From Cenococcum geophilum (lineage: Eukaryota): DNA of 64,000 nt. The DNA is taken from the NCBI GenBank assembly GCA_050273025.1, contig CP158635.1:2480001-2544000 (forward strand). Direction: 5' to 3'. Each line of letters opens with the position of its first letter. Position 1 is the first letter of the stretch. A program made the translations under genes and the position numbers. This document shows positions 1-13,274 of this stretch, piece after piece. The notes under the pieces were generated by a model, which was not told where the DNA came from, made no database searches, and saw nothing but the letters and a program-made list of their open reading frames with translations.

Positions 1-418
1 AGACGCTTTAAGTACAATGTTACGACTACTTGGAGAAGAGACGGAAGAAGCTAGTTGGTTAATTTAGGCACGGTCCATGATGGAACCGGTAGAACTATAT
101 AACGAGGAATGGTAACCAAGGTTATATAATATGCTACATATTAAACGAGAGGAATAAGAGGAACTTATATACCTTACATATAAGACGTATATTACGTATA
201 AGAAGGATTTTATAGGAGTACGGTTGTGTATTTAAGGACCCTCAGTCCCTACCTAGATAGTTCCTTCCTTATAGTAATTCTTAGAATATAATTAGAGTTA
301 ATCTATGGGCAACCACTCCACCAGTTAATATTACGTTGTTGACTTTTATACTTGCATTTCCTATATACCTAGCCCAATAACAAGCCCATCATAGTTCTTG
401 CTACAAGGTTCCGTTACA
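1..418 (+). repeat. 5' LTR of copy A1 (partial)
   Basis: Aligns to 7526-7943; ends ggttccgttaca. Confidence 0.95.
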
Positions 419-462
419 TAATTACTACCTAGTTATAGTATTAATATAAGAAGTTAAACAAC

Positions 463-3440
463 ATGCCACCAAAAGCAGCTACCACGATGCCATTAATGGC
501 AGCAACTACTTTAGGGACAGGAGGTAATACTAGTATGGCAGATACTAACTTATAGCAACCTATAACGGTCGGGCAACTATAGGAGATAGTTAACTAGCTA
601 ATAGCTAACAATATAGTGTTAGAAGAAAGACTTAACGGAATAAAAGCAGCAAAGATTAAGCTACTATTAATTAAGAGATTTATAGAAGAGAGGTTAAAAC
701 TTAAAGAATTCCTTACGTAGATGCACTTTAAGGTCTTATAGGAGGGAGTAAAGTTACCTACACCCATGGATTGGATAGCCTACGTAGGACTATTCTTATT
801 AGGAAAAGCACTTAAGTAGTTTAAACCTTACCTTATAGAGATATAGGCAAACGAAATAACGACTACTAACCAAAATATATAATTTATGTTCTTAAGTTAG
901 AAAGGATTTGTAAAGCAACTTACGCAGATATTCGGAGACCCGGAAGAAATAATTATAGCGGAAAGAAAACTCCAGAACCTTATACAACGAACTTTAGTAA
1001 TTAAGTATATAATATAGTTCTAGACACTAGCAATATAAGTAGAGTAGAATAATAGGGCGCTTATAGCATAGTATAAATAAGGACTTAAGGCTAAAGTCTA
1101 GGATGCGATTATCCTAATAGAAGATGCGGATACCCTAAGGGAACTAATAGATTAGGCGATTAAGATTAACAATTAGATCTACTAAAGGGAACAGGCTAAG
1201 AAAGGCTAAGATAGAGTTCTATAGTTATATAAGGCGCAGAGTACGTAACAACAAAAGCTAAGTTAGAAACTATAGTATGGCGCAGAGCTAATAGACCTAA
1301 GTAGTACCAAAGAAGCCCATAAGGGAGGGAGCAAACTATAGAAACCTAGAGGATAAGGATTAAGTAATTAAAGGTCCAAAGAGCAGAGGCTAAATCAGGG
1401 ATCTTAATAGCAGAAGATATTTAGGCAGACTCTATAATAAAAGAAATGGTTTAAAGAAGGAGCTTTTATAAATTATGGAAAATAGGGTTATTACGTCAGA
1501 GACTATAGAAGTGGGTAGAGTTACTACGTAGTAAAGGGCATAAGACTAGTAGACAATATATACGTATAGAGGGACGATAATATACTATAAGGAACAAAAG
1601 AATGTTTAATTAAAAGTTTTGCGTTTTATTATAATAACATATACCAAATTTATAAGGACGCTAAGTATGGCGTAAGCTATTAGCTATAAGAGCTAGCACC
1701 TATAGGATACAGAGGAACTAATAAACTAGTTCGCAGATTAGATATTAAGGACAATAAATTTAACCTAGGCAAAATATTCCGTAACGATAAGGCAATAAAG
1801 GCCGCTTACTAGGAGCGAGCAGACCTTAGAGATATTATACTAGAAGTAGAGGATAATTCCACTATAAAATAGGGAATATTAGTAGGGATCGAAACCCTAC
1901 TAGATATAATATCTATTGCTTTATAAGACGTAAGAGAAATAGGACAGCAAACTACTTCGGCACTTAATAAAGGCAAAAGGCCAAAGGCTTAAGATTCTTA
2001 AGACAAGATAAGAGACGACTAAGATTCTTAGGAAGAGATAAGGCATACCTAAGGACCTATAACAGACGAAAACCAATAGAGCAGGGCAGCAGCTTAGTTT
2101 AAAAATATACAAATAAGCTCGGGACAGAGTTTCCCACAGGTATAAGACTTTTAAGACGAGATAAGTAAGATTTAAGACTCTTAAGACAAGATAAGAACAC
2201 TACAGACGCCTAGTTAAACTAAGGCAGGAGCCAAGCTTAAGTTAGAAGCAAACTTAAGATTAAAGAATCTAAAGGACTAAGATTTCGGAGTATAAATAAG
2301 GACACCTATAGGCAAGAGATAAGGAGCTTCTTTATAGATTAGAGAATCTATAATACAAACAGTAGTTAGACTAGGAGACAGACACATAAACCTAGAAGAC
2401 TTATTAAGGGAACGCAGTATTTAGCCTAAAGATTAAAAGTTTAATACTAGGATTAAGAAGCAAGATAACTTTAAGGATTAAAGCATAAGGCGCAAACCAA
2501 AAGAAACCATAGAAGAGTTTAGGCAAAGAATTATTATATAGCAAGAACAGAAACTAGACAAAAGATCTAGCATATTAGGACGTATAAAGGACAGAGCACT
2601 AATATAAAGAATTACCAATAGGCCAAGAGCAGGCACACTAAGAGCTAAGTGGCTTACTAAACTAGAAAATAAAGAGGATTTAGGGATTCTAACTAGGTTT
2701 AAGGAATGATATATAAAAGGCTATTACAATATAGCGATAAGAAGATACTTCCTTACGGACAAGCCGTATACACTCCAGCAGCTATACCAAAAGTAGTATA
2801 GGCAGAGGCATAATAATAAGTGGGAAGATTTCTATATATAGTTGGATAAAAAAGTTATCTAGGACCACCTAATTACGGAAAAAGCCATAACGTATATTAA
2901 AGGAGCCTTAATTATAACGGCAAAGGATCTAAAGGAACGTTTAGAGGACTAGAAAAGTAAGAGACACATCTTAGTACCTATAAATAAAGTTATAATATTT
3001 AGATTAGCATAATAAAAGTTTAAACTTAGGGATAAAGATAAGCTAAGAGTTAACCTAAAGCACCTAGCATACTATACGTTATTATAGATTGCGTGTATAG
3101 ACGATATATATAATATATATAAGAATCCAAAGGAAAAGAATTAGAAATACCCTATAAGGATATACTAGATAACGGATAAGTAATAGTACAGGAATACTAA
3201 ATATATATATAGATGGTATCCAGCAGAGGTCCAAAAGGAAGGAAGTTTAGTACTTTAACCAGGAAGATTTCTTACGGAAGAATACTTAGACGGATAATAG
3301 TAGTAAGAATACCTAAAGAATACGTGTTTATAGCATATTAAAGATAAAAAGCGAACTAGGCATTAGCTAAAGAACGAGCTAAGTATACTAGGATTAAGCA
3401 GCTAATAGTTAGGAAAAGTAGAGGCCTATAAAACTAGAGG
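463..3440 (+). pseudogene. gag: gag with CCHC knuckle and long WCCH-containing extension (copy A1)
   Basis: ATG at 463 (MPPKAATT); deRIP NCGKQGHYARDC at ~1470-1507; FAFCYNNACQIHKDAK at ~1618-1665; WIACVDDACDMHKNPK at ~3085-3132; many TAA/TAG stops; end approximate. Confidence 0.8.
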
Positions 3441-6400
3441 GAGCTAGTAATAGAGCCTTAGACCCTTAAAGAAATTTAAAGATAACACCTAAATTTATAA
3501 ATTAATTAGCAAGATTAGTAGTTTAAAGCGCTAATAGATAGTAGAGCAACACGAAACCACATCTTACTAGCAGCAGTTAAGAGAATAGGACTACCTTACA
3601 GACAAAAGAAGTAACCTTACCTATTAGTTACAATTTTAGGAGATCCAATAACCTATAAAGGAGGAATTATTAATCTTAAAACAGAACCTATTTAGATAAC
3701 TATTAAAGGGAGACAAATTAAGATATCTTTTAATATCCTACCATTAGGACGGGACGAGGTAGTATTAGGTATGCCTTAGTTACAGGAATATAATTTAAGG
3801 ATTAATTAGATTATAGGTCAGGTTAATATTAGAGATACTTAACGCCGCAAAATACAACAATAAGCCAAGTTAGTATAGTACTAAGTAGGAGCAACCTATA
3901 AAGAAACAGAAAAAGGACTAAGTTATATACCAAAAAGATACTATAAGTATAGTAAAAAACTATAGTTACCGGAAAGCAAAAAGCTATTAAAATATATAGT
4001 ATAGGACTATAAGATAGAGCTAAAACTAGAAATAAGTCTAAGGTTCTTTCCAATCTACAAGCTTACTAAAGAAAAAGGTAAAGCGTTAAAAGAGTTTATC
4101 CAGAAAAATCTATAAAAGGGATACATTAGACCATTGCAGTTATCAGCAAGTTATCCAGTACTATTTATACTAAAGAAAAATAGCAAACTAAAGCTATACA
4201 TTAACTATAGACGGTTAAACAGCATTACTAAGAAGGATAGGTATCCTTTACCCTTAATTAGCAAAATCTAAAACAGAATAGGTAATGCGCAAATCTTTAT
4301 AAAGATAGATCTAAAACAGGCGTACCATTAGATTAGGATTAAGGAAGGCGATAAATAGAAGGCAGCCTTTAGGTTAAAGAAAGGACTATATAAACTATTA
4401 GTTATGCAATTTAGGCTTATAAACGCACCAGTAACGTTTTAGAAGCGTATTAATAATATATTAGGAGAATACTTAAATAAATTTATTATAGTATATCTTA
4501 ATAATATTATTATCTACTTAATAACGGAGAAAGAATACGGAGAATATATTAAATAGGTCTTAAAGAGACTATAAGAAGAACAAATGCTAGTAGTAATTAA
4601 GAAATACAAGTTCTTTACCAGGAAGACCAATTTCATTAGATTTATTATTAAACTAGGCCAACTTAGCATAAATCCAAAGAAGATTAAGGCTATAGTAAAT
4701 TAGCAGAAACTAGAGAACGTTATATAGTTAAAATTATTCCTAGGGTTTTGCAATTACTACAAAAGGTTTATAGCGTAGTAGTTAAAGGACATTAAGCCAT
4801 TTACGTGGTTAATAAAGAAAGGAGAACTATAGGTATAAGGAAAGGAGCAAAGAGAACTCTTTAAAAGAGTTAAAAAGTTGTTTACTTAGGAGCCAGTCCT
4901 TAAGATCTATTAACTAGGACTAGAGACGGTTATAGAAACAAATATATTAGACTATATACTAGGGGTATACTTTATACAAAGGCATTAAAACGGATAGCAC
5001 CTAGTAGCATACTACAATTAGAAGATAACACTATTAGAGTTAAACTATAACATCTACAACAAGAAGTTATTAGGTATAGTTACAGTATTAAAAAAATAGA
5101 GAGCATTCTTATAAGGCATAAAGAAACTATTTATAGTTAAGACGGATTATAAAAACCTAATAGGATTCCTAACGATAAAGGAACTTAACTAAAGATAGGT
5201 TAGATAGGCAGAGATACTTATAGAATACCATTTTAAGATTTAGTATACTAAAGGTACAGACAATACGCGGGCAGATACTCTAAGCTGTAAAGCTAAACTA
5301 TAAAATAAGGAAAAGCTATCGGGGGCTTTATTATAAAAAGATATAGACGGATTAATTAGGTACAATTATCCAAAAATTATAGCAACTTAAGAAAATAATA
5401 AACTAGAGAAAGTCTATAAGACACCGGAAAGCCTTTAGGCATAAAGAATTCTAAAAGTATAGCTAGAAGATCTATAGACGGATATATACAAAAATTAAGA
5501 AGTAAAGTACATCCTAAGAAGCATAGCAGAGTAGTTTATAGAGGACTTCTATAAGGGACTAACTTAAGGACATAATAGAGCTACGAGCTTAGTATTAAGA
5601 CTCTAGAAGGAGTATATCATTAACAAAATCTAAAAAATAGCTAGAAAAGTTATAAAGGAATATCTAAATTGCTAAAAAAACAAACCAACGAGGCATAAGC
5701 TATATAAAGGGCTACAACCTATTAAAATACTAGAAAGACTATAGGAGATTATATTATAGGACTTTATTATTAAGTTACCAAAGTTAAAAGATCCTATTAC
5801 CGGACAAGATTATAACGCGATCTTAGTAATAGTGGATAAGCTTATAAAGTAGGGATACTTTATAGCATATACAGAAGAAATCTTAGTAGAAGATATCGCT
5901 AAAATCTACGTTAAAGAAGTGTTTATAAGATATAAAGCACTAAGCAAGATTATATCGGATAGAGATCTAAGATTTATAGCAGTATTTTAGGAAGTGTTCT
6001 TAGCGAAGTAAAAAGTTTAAGTAGCAACTTCCACCGCATATTATCTACAGATAGACAGTTAAATAGAAAAACTAAATTAGACACTAGAACAGTATCTAAG
6101 GCATTATATTAATTATGCATAAAATAATTAGGTATTGTTATTACCAGTTATATAGTTTACATATAATATAACACCTTAAAAAGGGATAGATATATTACTA
6201 TTTAAGGCAAATTACGGATATAAGCTAAGGACATTATTATTACTATAATAAGTAAAGAAAATAAGTAGTACAGTTAAAGAAAGAATAAAGACGTTAATAA
6301 ATCTTTATATAGACCTTATAGAATTAGCAAAGAAAGTATAAAAGAGAATAAAAAAGTACTATAATATAAAGAGATCTAAGGGACCAGATCTTAAGGAGGG

Positions 6401-6830
6401 AGATAAAGTATGGCTACTACACAAAAATTTCAAGAGTTAACAACTAAGTAAGAAATTAGACTATATTAGACTAGGACCTTTTAAAATTATATAAAAGATT
6501 TTATTAGTCACGTTTAAGTTAGACCTACTAGCTAAAATAAAAATCTACCCTATACAGCACATTATAATACTAGAGCCAGTATATAGAAATATTAAGCCAC
6601 TAGTTTATAAAGCAGACATATATAGAGGATAAGAAGAAGATAAATAGCAAATTTTAAAGATTGTTAGTTATAAGGACATTAACGACAAAATATAGTACAA
6701 GGTTAAGTAGATAGGCTATACTAAGACTACCTAGAAGCCACTAGAGAATTTAAAGAATGCTATAAAAAAGGTATAGGAGTATTGAAAGAAATTAGGTTAG
6801 GCAGTATTAATAAAAAAGGATCGCTAAAGA
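3420..6830 (+). pseudogene. pol: pol (protease, RT, RNase H, integrase, chromodomain) of copy A1
   Basis: deRIP LIDSGATRNH ~3531, YLDDIIIYS ~4494, YDIYDKELL ~5046, integrase HHCC ~5550-5675, chromodomain YEVKW.GY..TTWEP ~6696-6740; ends approximate. Confidence 0.9.
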
Positions 6831-7411
6831 ATGAGTTACCTAAGGGGGACCTAAGAAGAGTAGTTGCCGAACTACTCGGATCTATTTCCTTCTCTATTAG
6901 AGGAGAATCCATTCTTTTATTACCTAGTTCCTGTAAACCTTATTCCATAAGTTTCTACTCCTTAAAATAAACCTTTTTATAAACCTTCTTAAGACAAAGC
7001 AGACGAACAGACGCCGCGATTTAAGCATTTAGGGCCTTCTATTCCGCGTTATAGGAACGTTCTAACTTAGCTAGGGCTTATAACAGTTTACTATCTAGCT
7101 ACGCAGCAGCAGATTAAATATAAGACCCTAAAATAAATCAATTAGGGAACTAGACGACTATTAAGAGTAATAAATCGCGCATATTTAGCATTAGAAGTAG
7201 AGTAAACGTTACAGGATAAATAAATATTCGCTTTAGTGCACTCTAAGTAAGAGAACGGTTGTCGCGAAGATAGGTTTACTAATATAATATAAACTAACCC
7301 CTCTTTCAAATAATAAGAACACAGAGACGGTATAATCTTACTAAAAGATAATATTACAGCAATAATGCGAGCACAACATTGGGTGTATAAAGAAGAAATT
7401 ACTTTAGGTAT
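6797..7411 (-). pseudogene. Antisense, intron-containing Cys-rich accessory ORF of copy A1
   Basis: Same reconstruction as 28092-28706 and 14775-15366. Confidence 0.6.
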
Positions 7412-7519
7412 AATGAGTAATAATATTAACCAAATTAATTAAACGGACATTATACCTCTAGTAAACAACTTAGAGATATTTTAAATCTTTAAGAACAAAG
7501 ATAAAGAGGAGGGAGATAG

Positions 7520-7943
7520 TATTATAGACGCTTTAAGTATAATATTATAACTACTTAGAGAAGAGATAGAAGAAGCTAGTTAGTTAATTTAGGCACGGTC
7601 TATAATAGAACCGGTAGAACTATATAACAAGGAATAGTAACCAAGGTCATATAATATGCTATATATTAAACAAGAGGAACGAGAGGAACTTATATACCTT
7701 ATGTATAAGACGTATATTACGTATAAGAAGGATTTTATAGGAGTACGGTTGTGTATTTAAGGACCCTTAGTCCCTACCTAGATAGTTCCTTCCTTGTAGT
7801 GATTCTTAGAATATAATTAAAGTTAATCTATAGGCAACCACTCCACCAGTTAATATTACGTTGTTGACTTTTATATTTGCATTTCCTACACACCTAGCTT
7901 AATAACGAGCCCATCGTAGTTCTTGCTATAAGGTTCCGTTATA
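7520..7943 (+). repeat. 3' LTR of copy A1
   Basis: Starts tattatagacgc (RIPed TGTTACGGACGC) after the PPT; ends ccgttata. Confidence 0.95.
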
Positions 7944-10896
7944 TCTAAAAGTGTTTTAGAAGATAAATACCCTATTTAGGCGTGTTTTATTACGAATATT
8001 TAGACCCTTAACTATAAAACTTTTATTATAAGTAAATTACAGTGGAGAACTAGGAAAGAATACGTAAATTGTAAGAAAAAGTATAATATATCTATAATAT
8101 TATGCTACTATATCTAAGTTATAATATAGACGTCGCGAACTCTTATATATTTCCTTGGCGATTTAATAGAATTAAATTAAGATAATATTAAACAAAGAGA
8201 TACAAATACGTAAGATATTAATTTATATTATCTATTCTTATTAACGTATATATAGGCTTTATAATAGTATTTATTATATATTTTAGTACTAGATTGCCTA
8301 TATAGAGCAAAGTGCTAGTTATAAGCCATATCTTTATATTATAAAGTATACAGTTAGTATCTAATAGATTCTAAATATATTACTACTATAATTAAGCTAT
8401 AACTAGTCACTTATAGATAGACCCGTGGTAAGTATATACTATACTAAGGAAAGTCGAATATAAAACCATAAAAAACACTACTAAAAGTCTCTTTCTTTAG
8501 TTTTAAGATACTTATTAAAATATTTAAGAGATTTACTTAACTAAGGCTATTAGGGTTGCCTAGAAACCTATACAGCGGTAAAGCACAGGAAGAAAAGATT
8601 AGATAATTACGGTAAGTTATTATAATATATCTAGGTTGTAACCACGCCTAAAGGCCTAGAAAATAGGTACTAGCCTTATATAAAGTGGAGTTTAATTATA
8701 TATAGCTAGATAATATTAAGGATTGCCCTTATATTATTTTAACTTCTTATAGCAAACATACGTATCCTCTAGCGCCTCCGTTAAAGGTTCCAATATAGCT
8801 TATTAAAGAACTTTAACAACAAATCTAGCGACAGTTAGGGCCAGGGCTTGCTCTAAGTATATTATATCTCAGCTATATTAATACTCTATCTTTACTCTAT
8901 TAGGCTCTTTTATATATAGCCCTTTAATAAAAGAGTTTTGCGAAAAATATAATGTCACTAGCCTTCTAAGCCTTTATTAAAGCCTAGCAAATCTTAATAA
9001 GATTTAATATATAATTAAAAAGCAATAGCTTTTATTATTTCTATAAGGTTAAGATATACAAGGGGTAATATTTAAAAAGCATCTGTATTATAAAACTGGT
9101 CCTAGATATATATAAGATATATTCCACAAAAATAGTAAGCTAATAATTATATGCTTTTAAAAAGGCCAGGCAGAAATACTATTAATATTAAAAACATTTA
9201 AAATTAATATGTTGTTTAAACGAGTTGGTATAGCTAGGCTAGATAAGGTTGTAATTACTATAAATATCCCTGGAATTAATAAAGGTATTATATAACCCAG
9301 TTATATCACGGTTATATCTTTATTCTAATAAGGCTATAGTTATTATACTAATAAGAGTTTTTATAAACCAAACTATGGGCCAATTAGCAGAGATGTATTA
9401 ATAACTTTTCTATACTATATTCCGCTTATATAAGAATTGCGGCTATCCAACTTATTAGAGTTATATCCATAAACGTAGATTTTATGCAGCTTTTATGGAT
9501 ATAGATAGGGCGTAGGTAAAAGGTATTTTATAATACGTATATGTTAAAGATATTACTAAAATATATTAGGGCTTAGCCTTTATCTAGCAGATATTAACCC
9601 CTCGCAGACCTAGCAGGGCTATATAAAGTCCGCAATTATATATTACTAAATCCACATTCTTCGCGGTATTTATTAGGTTATTAGAGCCGGAAATATAGGC
9701 CAAGATAGTATTAGGTAATATATAGCTTCGATTATAGAGGCTATAAGCCACAAGCAATACTACGAAATTTTAGACGCGATTAAAGGTATAGAGATATTAT
9801 ATCCCTAATTAATCTATACTATATCCACATTCTAACATTTACGGTTATAGAAAAGTACAGCAATAACTATAAAATCGTAAACTAGTATTAATATAAGCGA
9901 TATATATATATTGCATTTGGAATAAATCTATATTATAGTAAAATGGACAGCAATATATTCTCTATAATTATAAAGAATATAAACGCCGTTAAATGCTCCT
10001 ATTTTTAAGCGAATAATCTTAGGCGTCGATTAAGCCTTTTAGCTGCTATTTTAATATTAGTATATCTTGTATATCCGTAATATAGTATTATAATAACGAT
10101 TATAGTAGACAAAGAATTGATGTTTTTGATTTTAAAGCGTAGAAGGCGTATTATTAGTATGGAATTATATATATATCGCGAACTATATCTATTGCCGAAA
10201 GAATAGCTTTAGCAGAGAAGCGTAAATATATGGATTTATTATGGCTCTAATGTGGATATATCGCTAATATAATCTGCTATAGTTCTACAAGTTTTAAAAG
10301 AGCTAGAAAAATTAAGAAAACAGGCCTATACTAGCAAAGAAAAAGCTAATGCTATATCTATAAGTATTAAAGAGGATAAAGATTTTAATTTTAATAATGT
10401 TATATTAGATATATTATCTTCTAGAACTAGTATACGCCCATAGTCGCAATTACAAAGTTCGCGAGGCGCATAATTAAAATCTCACTCATAATTTCTTACC
10501 TCTATTCACTCCAGTATATTATATTTTAGATCTTACCAAATTCTATAAAGCTAATATTTTTTAGTTTCCTCTATTACAACATTAAATAATAGTTAGGTTT
10601 CGCTCTCTCCTAGGCCTATTTTACCATTAGGTAGGATTATTTAGATATATCCTTAATATATCTAGCTTATAAGCTAACTATATCTAGGATATAAGAGTAG
10701 CTTATAGTCCTTACTTTATATAACGGTTACTTAATAAGCTTAATTCTCACAATAGTTAACGCTATAGTAATCCTAATTAAATATTCGTAAGCAAGAAGCC
10801 TAGGTTCTACGTATAGAAGCTAAAGTAAAAGCAATTAAACTATAAAATCGGAAGATAGAATTAGAGCTTAGAAAATTAAAATAAGAACTTAGTTAA
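7944..10896 (+). pseudogene. RIPed intron-containing MULE-like (DDE/CxxH) transposase relic, 5' part cut by copy A1
   Basis: deRIP motifs CKVEFNY.QPDDIKDCPY..LTSHGKHTHPPAPP (~8675-8780), EIDMSFKRVG (~9200-9230), FMDMDGAQ.KG (~9490-9522), CQIH (~9645-9657), C-terminal coiled coil EAEAIELQNRKMELELRKLEQEL (~10820-10893). Confidence 0.55.
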
Positions 10897-10929
10897 TATA
10901 AATTTTTATATTTACAAGCATAAAGGGCA

Positions 10930-13029
10930 AAGGTTATATTAAGGTAATTACCTAGATAGAGTAACATTATAATATCCAAGAGAAAGCCTAACCTAAATTC
11001 TCTGCGCTATGCCTATACTCCGCGTAATATTCTATAGCCCGCGCATAATACTTTATAGTGTCCATAATATAACTAGGATATAATTAGTATATATCTAAGA
11101 TGCATAAACACCTTAACCTATTTAACCCACACGGCGTAGTCCTCCTCAGCATTAAATGACTCCCTATTATTAAAGTCATCTATAACCTCCGGCAGCGCTA
11201 TATTAGGTAAAACAAAGTTCTATTTATAATTAGATTATAGATATATTAGTAATATAATTAAAAACTATAAGTATACCTTGTTAAACTAGATATATATACC
11301 CCAGTTAGATAAGTATACTATTTACGTTAGATCTAAGATATAACAGAAATATAACTAGTAAACTTACTCTTGCTACTAGTCCTATATAAAGAATATTTCT
11401 AATTCTTAGGCTTGCTAATAACCTTAAATATCGCGACGCGATTAGGCTATATTAAAGTTAGATTAAAGTTAGATTATAGTTATATAGTAATTATAACTGC
11501 CTAAACTTACCTTGCCCTTAGAGGTTAATAGAATTCTAAAATAGAATATAATACGCATCTGCTTAACTGGCTCCTCTATATAGTCCGGTTAGATCTATAA
11601 TATAATAAGATTATAAGTAATAACATACCTAGATCTGCTAAAGTTGCTTTGCGTTTTCTACGACCTTTAGCTATTAAGGGTATATTTTTAGCTAGGGGGG
11701 CTAAAATATATTAGCAATATATCCTAAATAGAAGAATATTAGTATAGACCATTATAATATATTCTAGCCTTTCTTACTACTTTACTAATAAGGCATATAA
11801 CCTGCAGTTCCTCCTTTATATAAATAGCTCTATAAAGTATCTTCTAAGCCGTTAAGATAAGTTAGATCTAGGATATAATATAGATATATAGATAAACATA
11901 CTATCCAAATTATCTAATTCTAGTTCTTTTCAACCTTTATACTTTACACTCCTAATTATATAGCCTCCACCTTTCTATATTTTAAGGTTAGAAGGAGGTT
12001 ATAATATAGACACATTTAGGATCTTACTGGAAAATGCGACTTAATATGCTTAATTAATCCTCCACGACTATTTACAATTTTTTTTCTTAAGCGCAAACAG
12101 TATGCTCGGTATTTAGATCCTATTATAGTTAGATCTAAAATATAACAAGGACATATAGTACTTATAACTTACAGTCTTTCTAATAGCATAATCCTATCTA
12201 TAGAAAATCTCCTCTAGCAGAATATAGATAAGGAAATGTTTACCCCGGGGCTATATTTAGGTTATATTTTAGATATAAGCTAGATATATACTAGATATTA
12301 CCTTAATATAAAAAAACGGAATCTACCTAGGGCGCTTATTAAGTCTAAGGTACTATGCCTTAGTATATTAAGCGGAGGCACCAGAAATGCGCCTCTTTAT
12401 AATATTTAGCTAAAGAGCAGCATTATAAGTGCCAGAACCCTCGTCCTTACTACTATCTAAGTCTGGATTAGAATATGGCCTAGAAGCTACTGCCCTATTC
12501 GCTAAAGTGCTATGCATAGCCATTATAGTAGTGTCTAGATCTTGCATAGAGCCGCTAGGGCTACTAAGGACTTCGTTAATAATCTATTAAGGTTAGATTA
12601 TAAATATAACGTAGTTTTATCTAAAATATAACTTATATCTTCTGCGACCTCCATCCTAGTAAAAGCATTTACCTTCCTATTTTGCAGAAAATTCTCGGTT
12701 TATATCCTAATTAGATCCTTCTTATAACCACTAGAAGTCACTTTACCTTATTACAAAATTACGTGTTTAGACTATTGAGTGGTGTCTATTCTATATTAGA
12801 TTATAGATATAACCTAAATATATACCTGCGCTGCTTATATAGGAGTTATCACAGTCATTCTCTGGAGGCTAAAAGGGATTCGGCAGCAACTAATATAGTT
12901 AGGTTAGATTACGATAATAATAGGGATAGAATATTAATAAATACCTTTCCTACTTTAGATTGCTAGTTCTCTAGGCTCTATAGCCATATTAGATCCTTAA
13001 TATAACCTCCCAAAACTTACCTTATCCAT
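10930..13029 (-). pseudogene. RIPed multi-exon gene of unknown function, convergent with the transposase relic
   Basis: ATG at 13029 (MDK, then GTAAGT donor); readable blocks RNFVIRQSDFQWLQEG..NREFSAKWEGECFYQDGGRRR (~12640-12763) and FVLPDIALPEV.DDF...ESF.AEEDYAVWV (~11125-11217); left end approximate. Confidence 0.5.
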
Positions 13030-13274
13030 ATTATTACCAAGCTCTTTTAAAATCGTGTTAGATAGTAGGAAGTATTTAATTAAAGCTTAAAAACGGCTAT
13101 AATAACATTATAATCGAAATATAATTGCGTTATCAACTCTAAACGTAATGCGATAAGAGTTTAATTATATACTAAGTGAAGCTGTATTAGAGTTAAAATA
13201 TTAACACTAGCCGAGGTTTTAATGCCTTAGTGGGCACTAACGGAGCTTTTAGCAACACTGGCCGAGCTATATAC

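Larger units (their letters stand above)
1..7943 (+). mobile_element. Ty3/Gypsy chromovirus, Pyret-like (WCCH), copy A1; RIP-inactivated; 5' LTR begins ~6 bp before the window
   Basis: Matching 424-bp LTRs (1-418 and 7520-7943), PPT aagaggagggagatag at 7504-7519, and gag-PR-RT-RH-IN-chromodomain remnants in Gypsy order. Confidence 0.95.

Noticed and set aside
1921..4053. ORF-track calls 1921-2112 and 3829-4053, and similar calls at 30744, 31444, 32861, 41245, 48870, 49618 and 51869
   Set aside because: L/I/Y/S-rich antisense shadows of RIPed gag, pol or LINE sequence; not genes
6782..6970. 62-aa plus-strand ORF
   Set aside because: Overlaps the pol end and the antisense accessory ORF; no independent coding evidence
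7944..13267. Starship or other giant element
   Set aside because: No DUF3435 tyrosine recombinase captain or other Starship hallmark recognised
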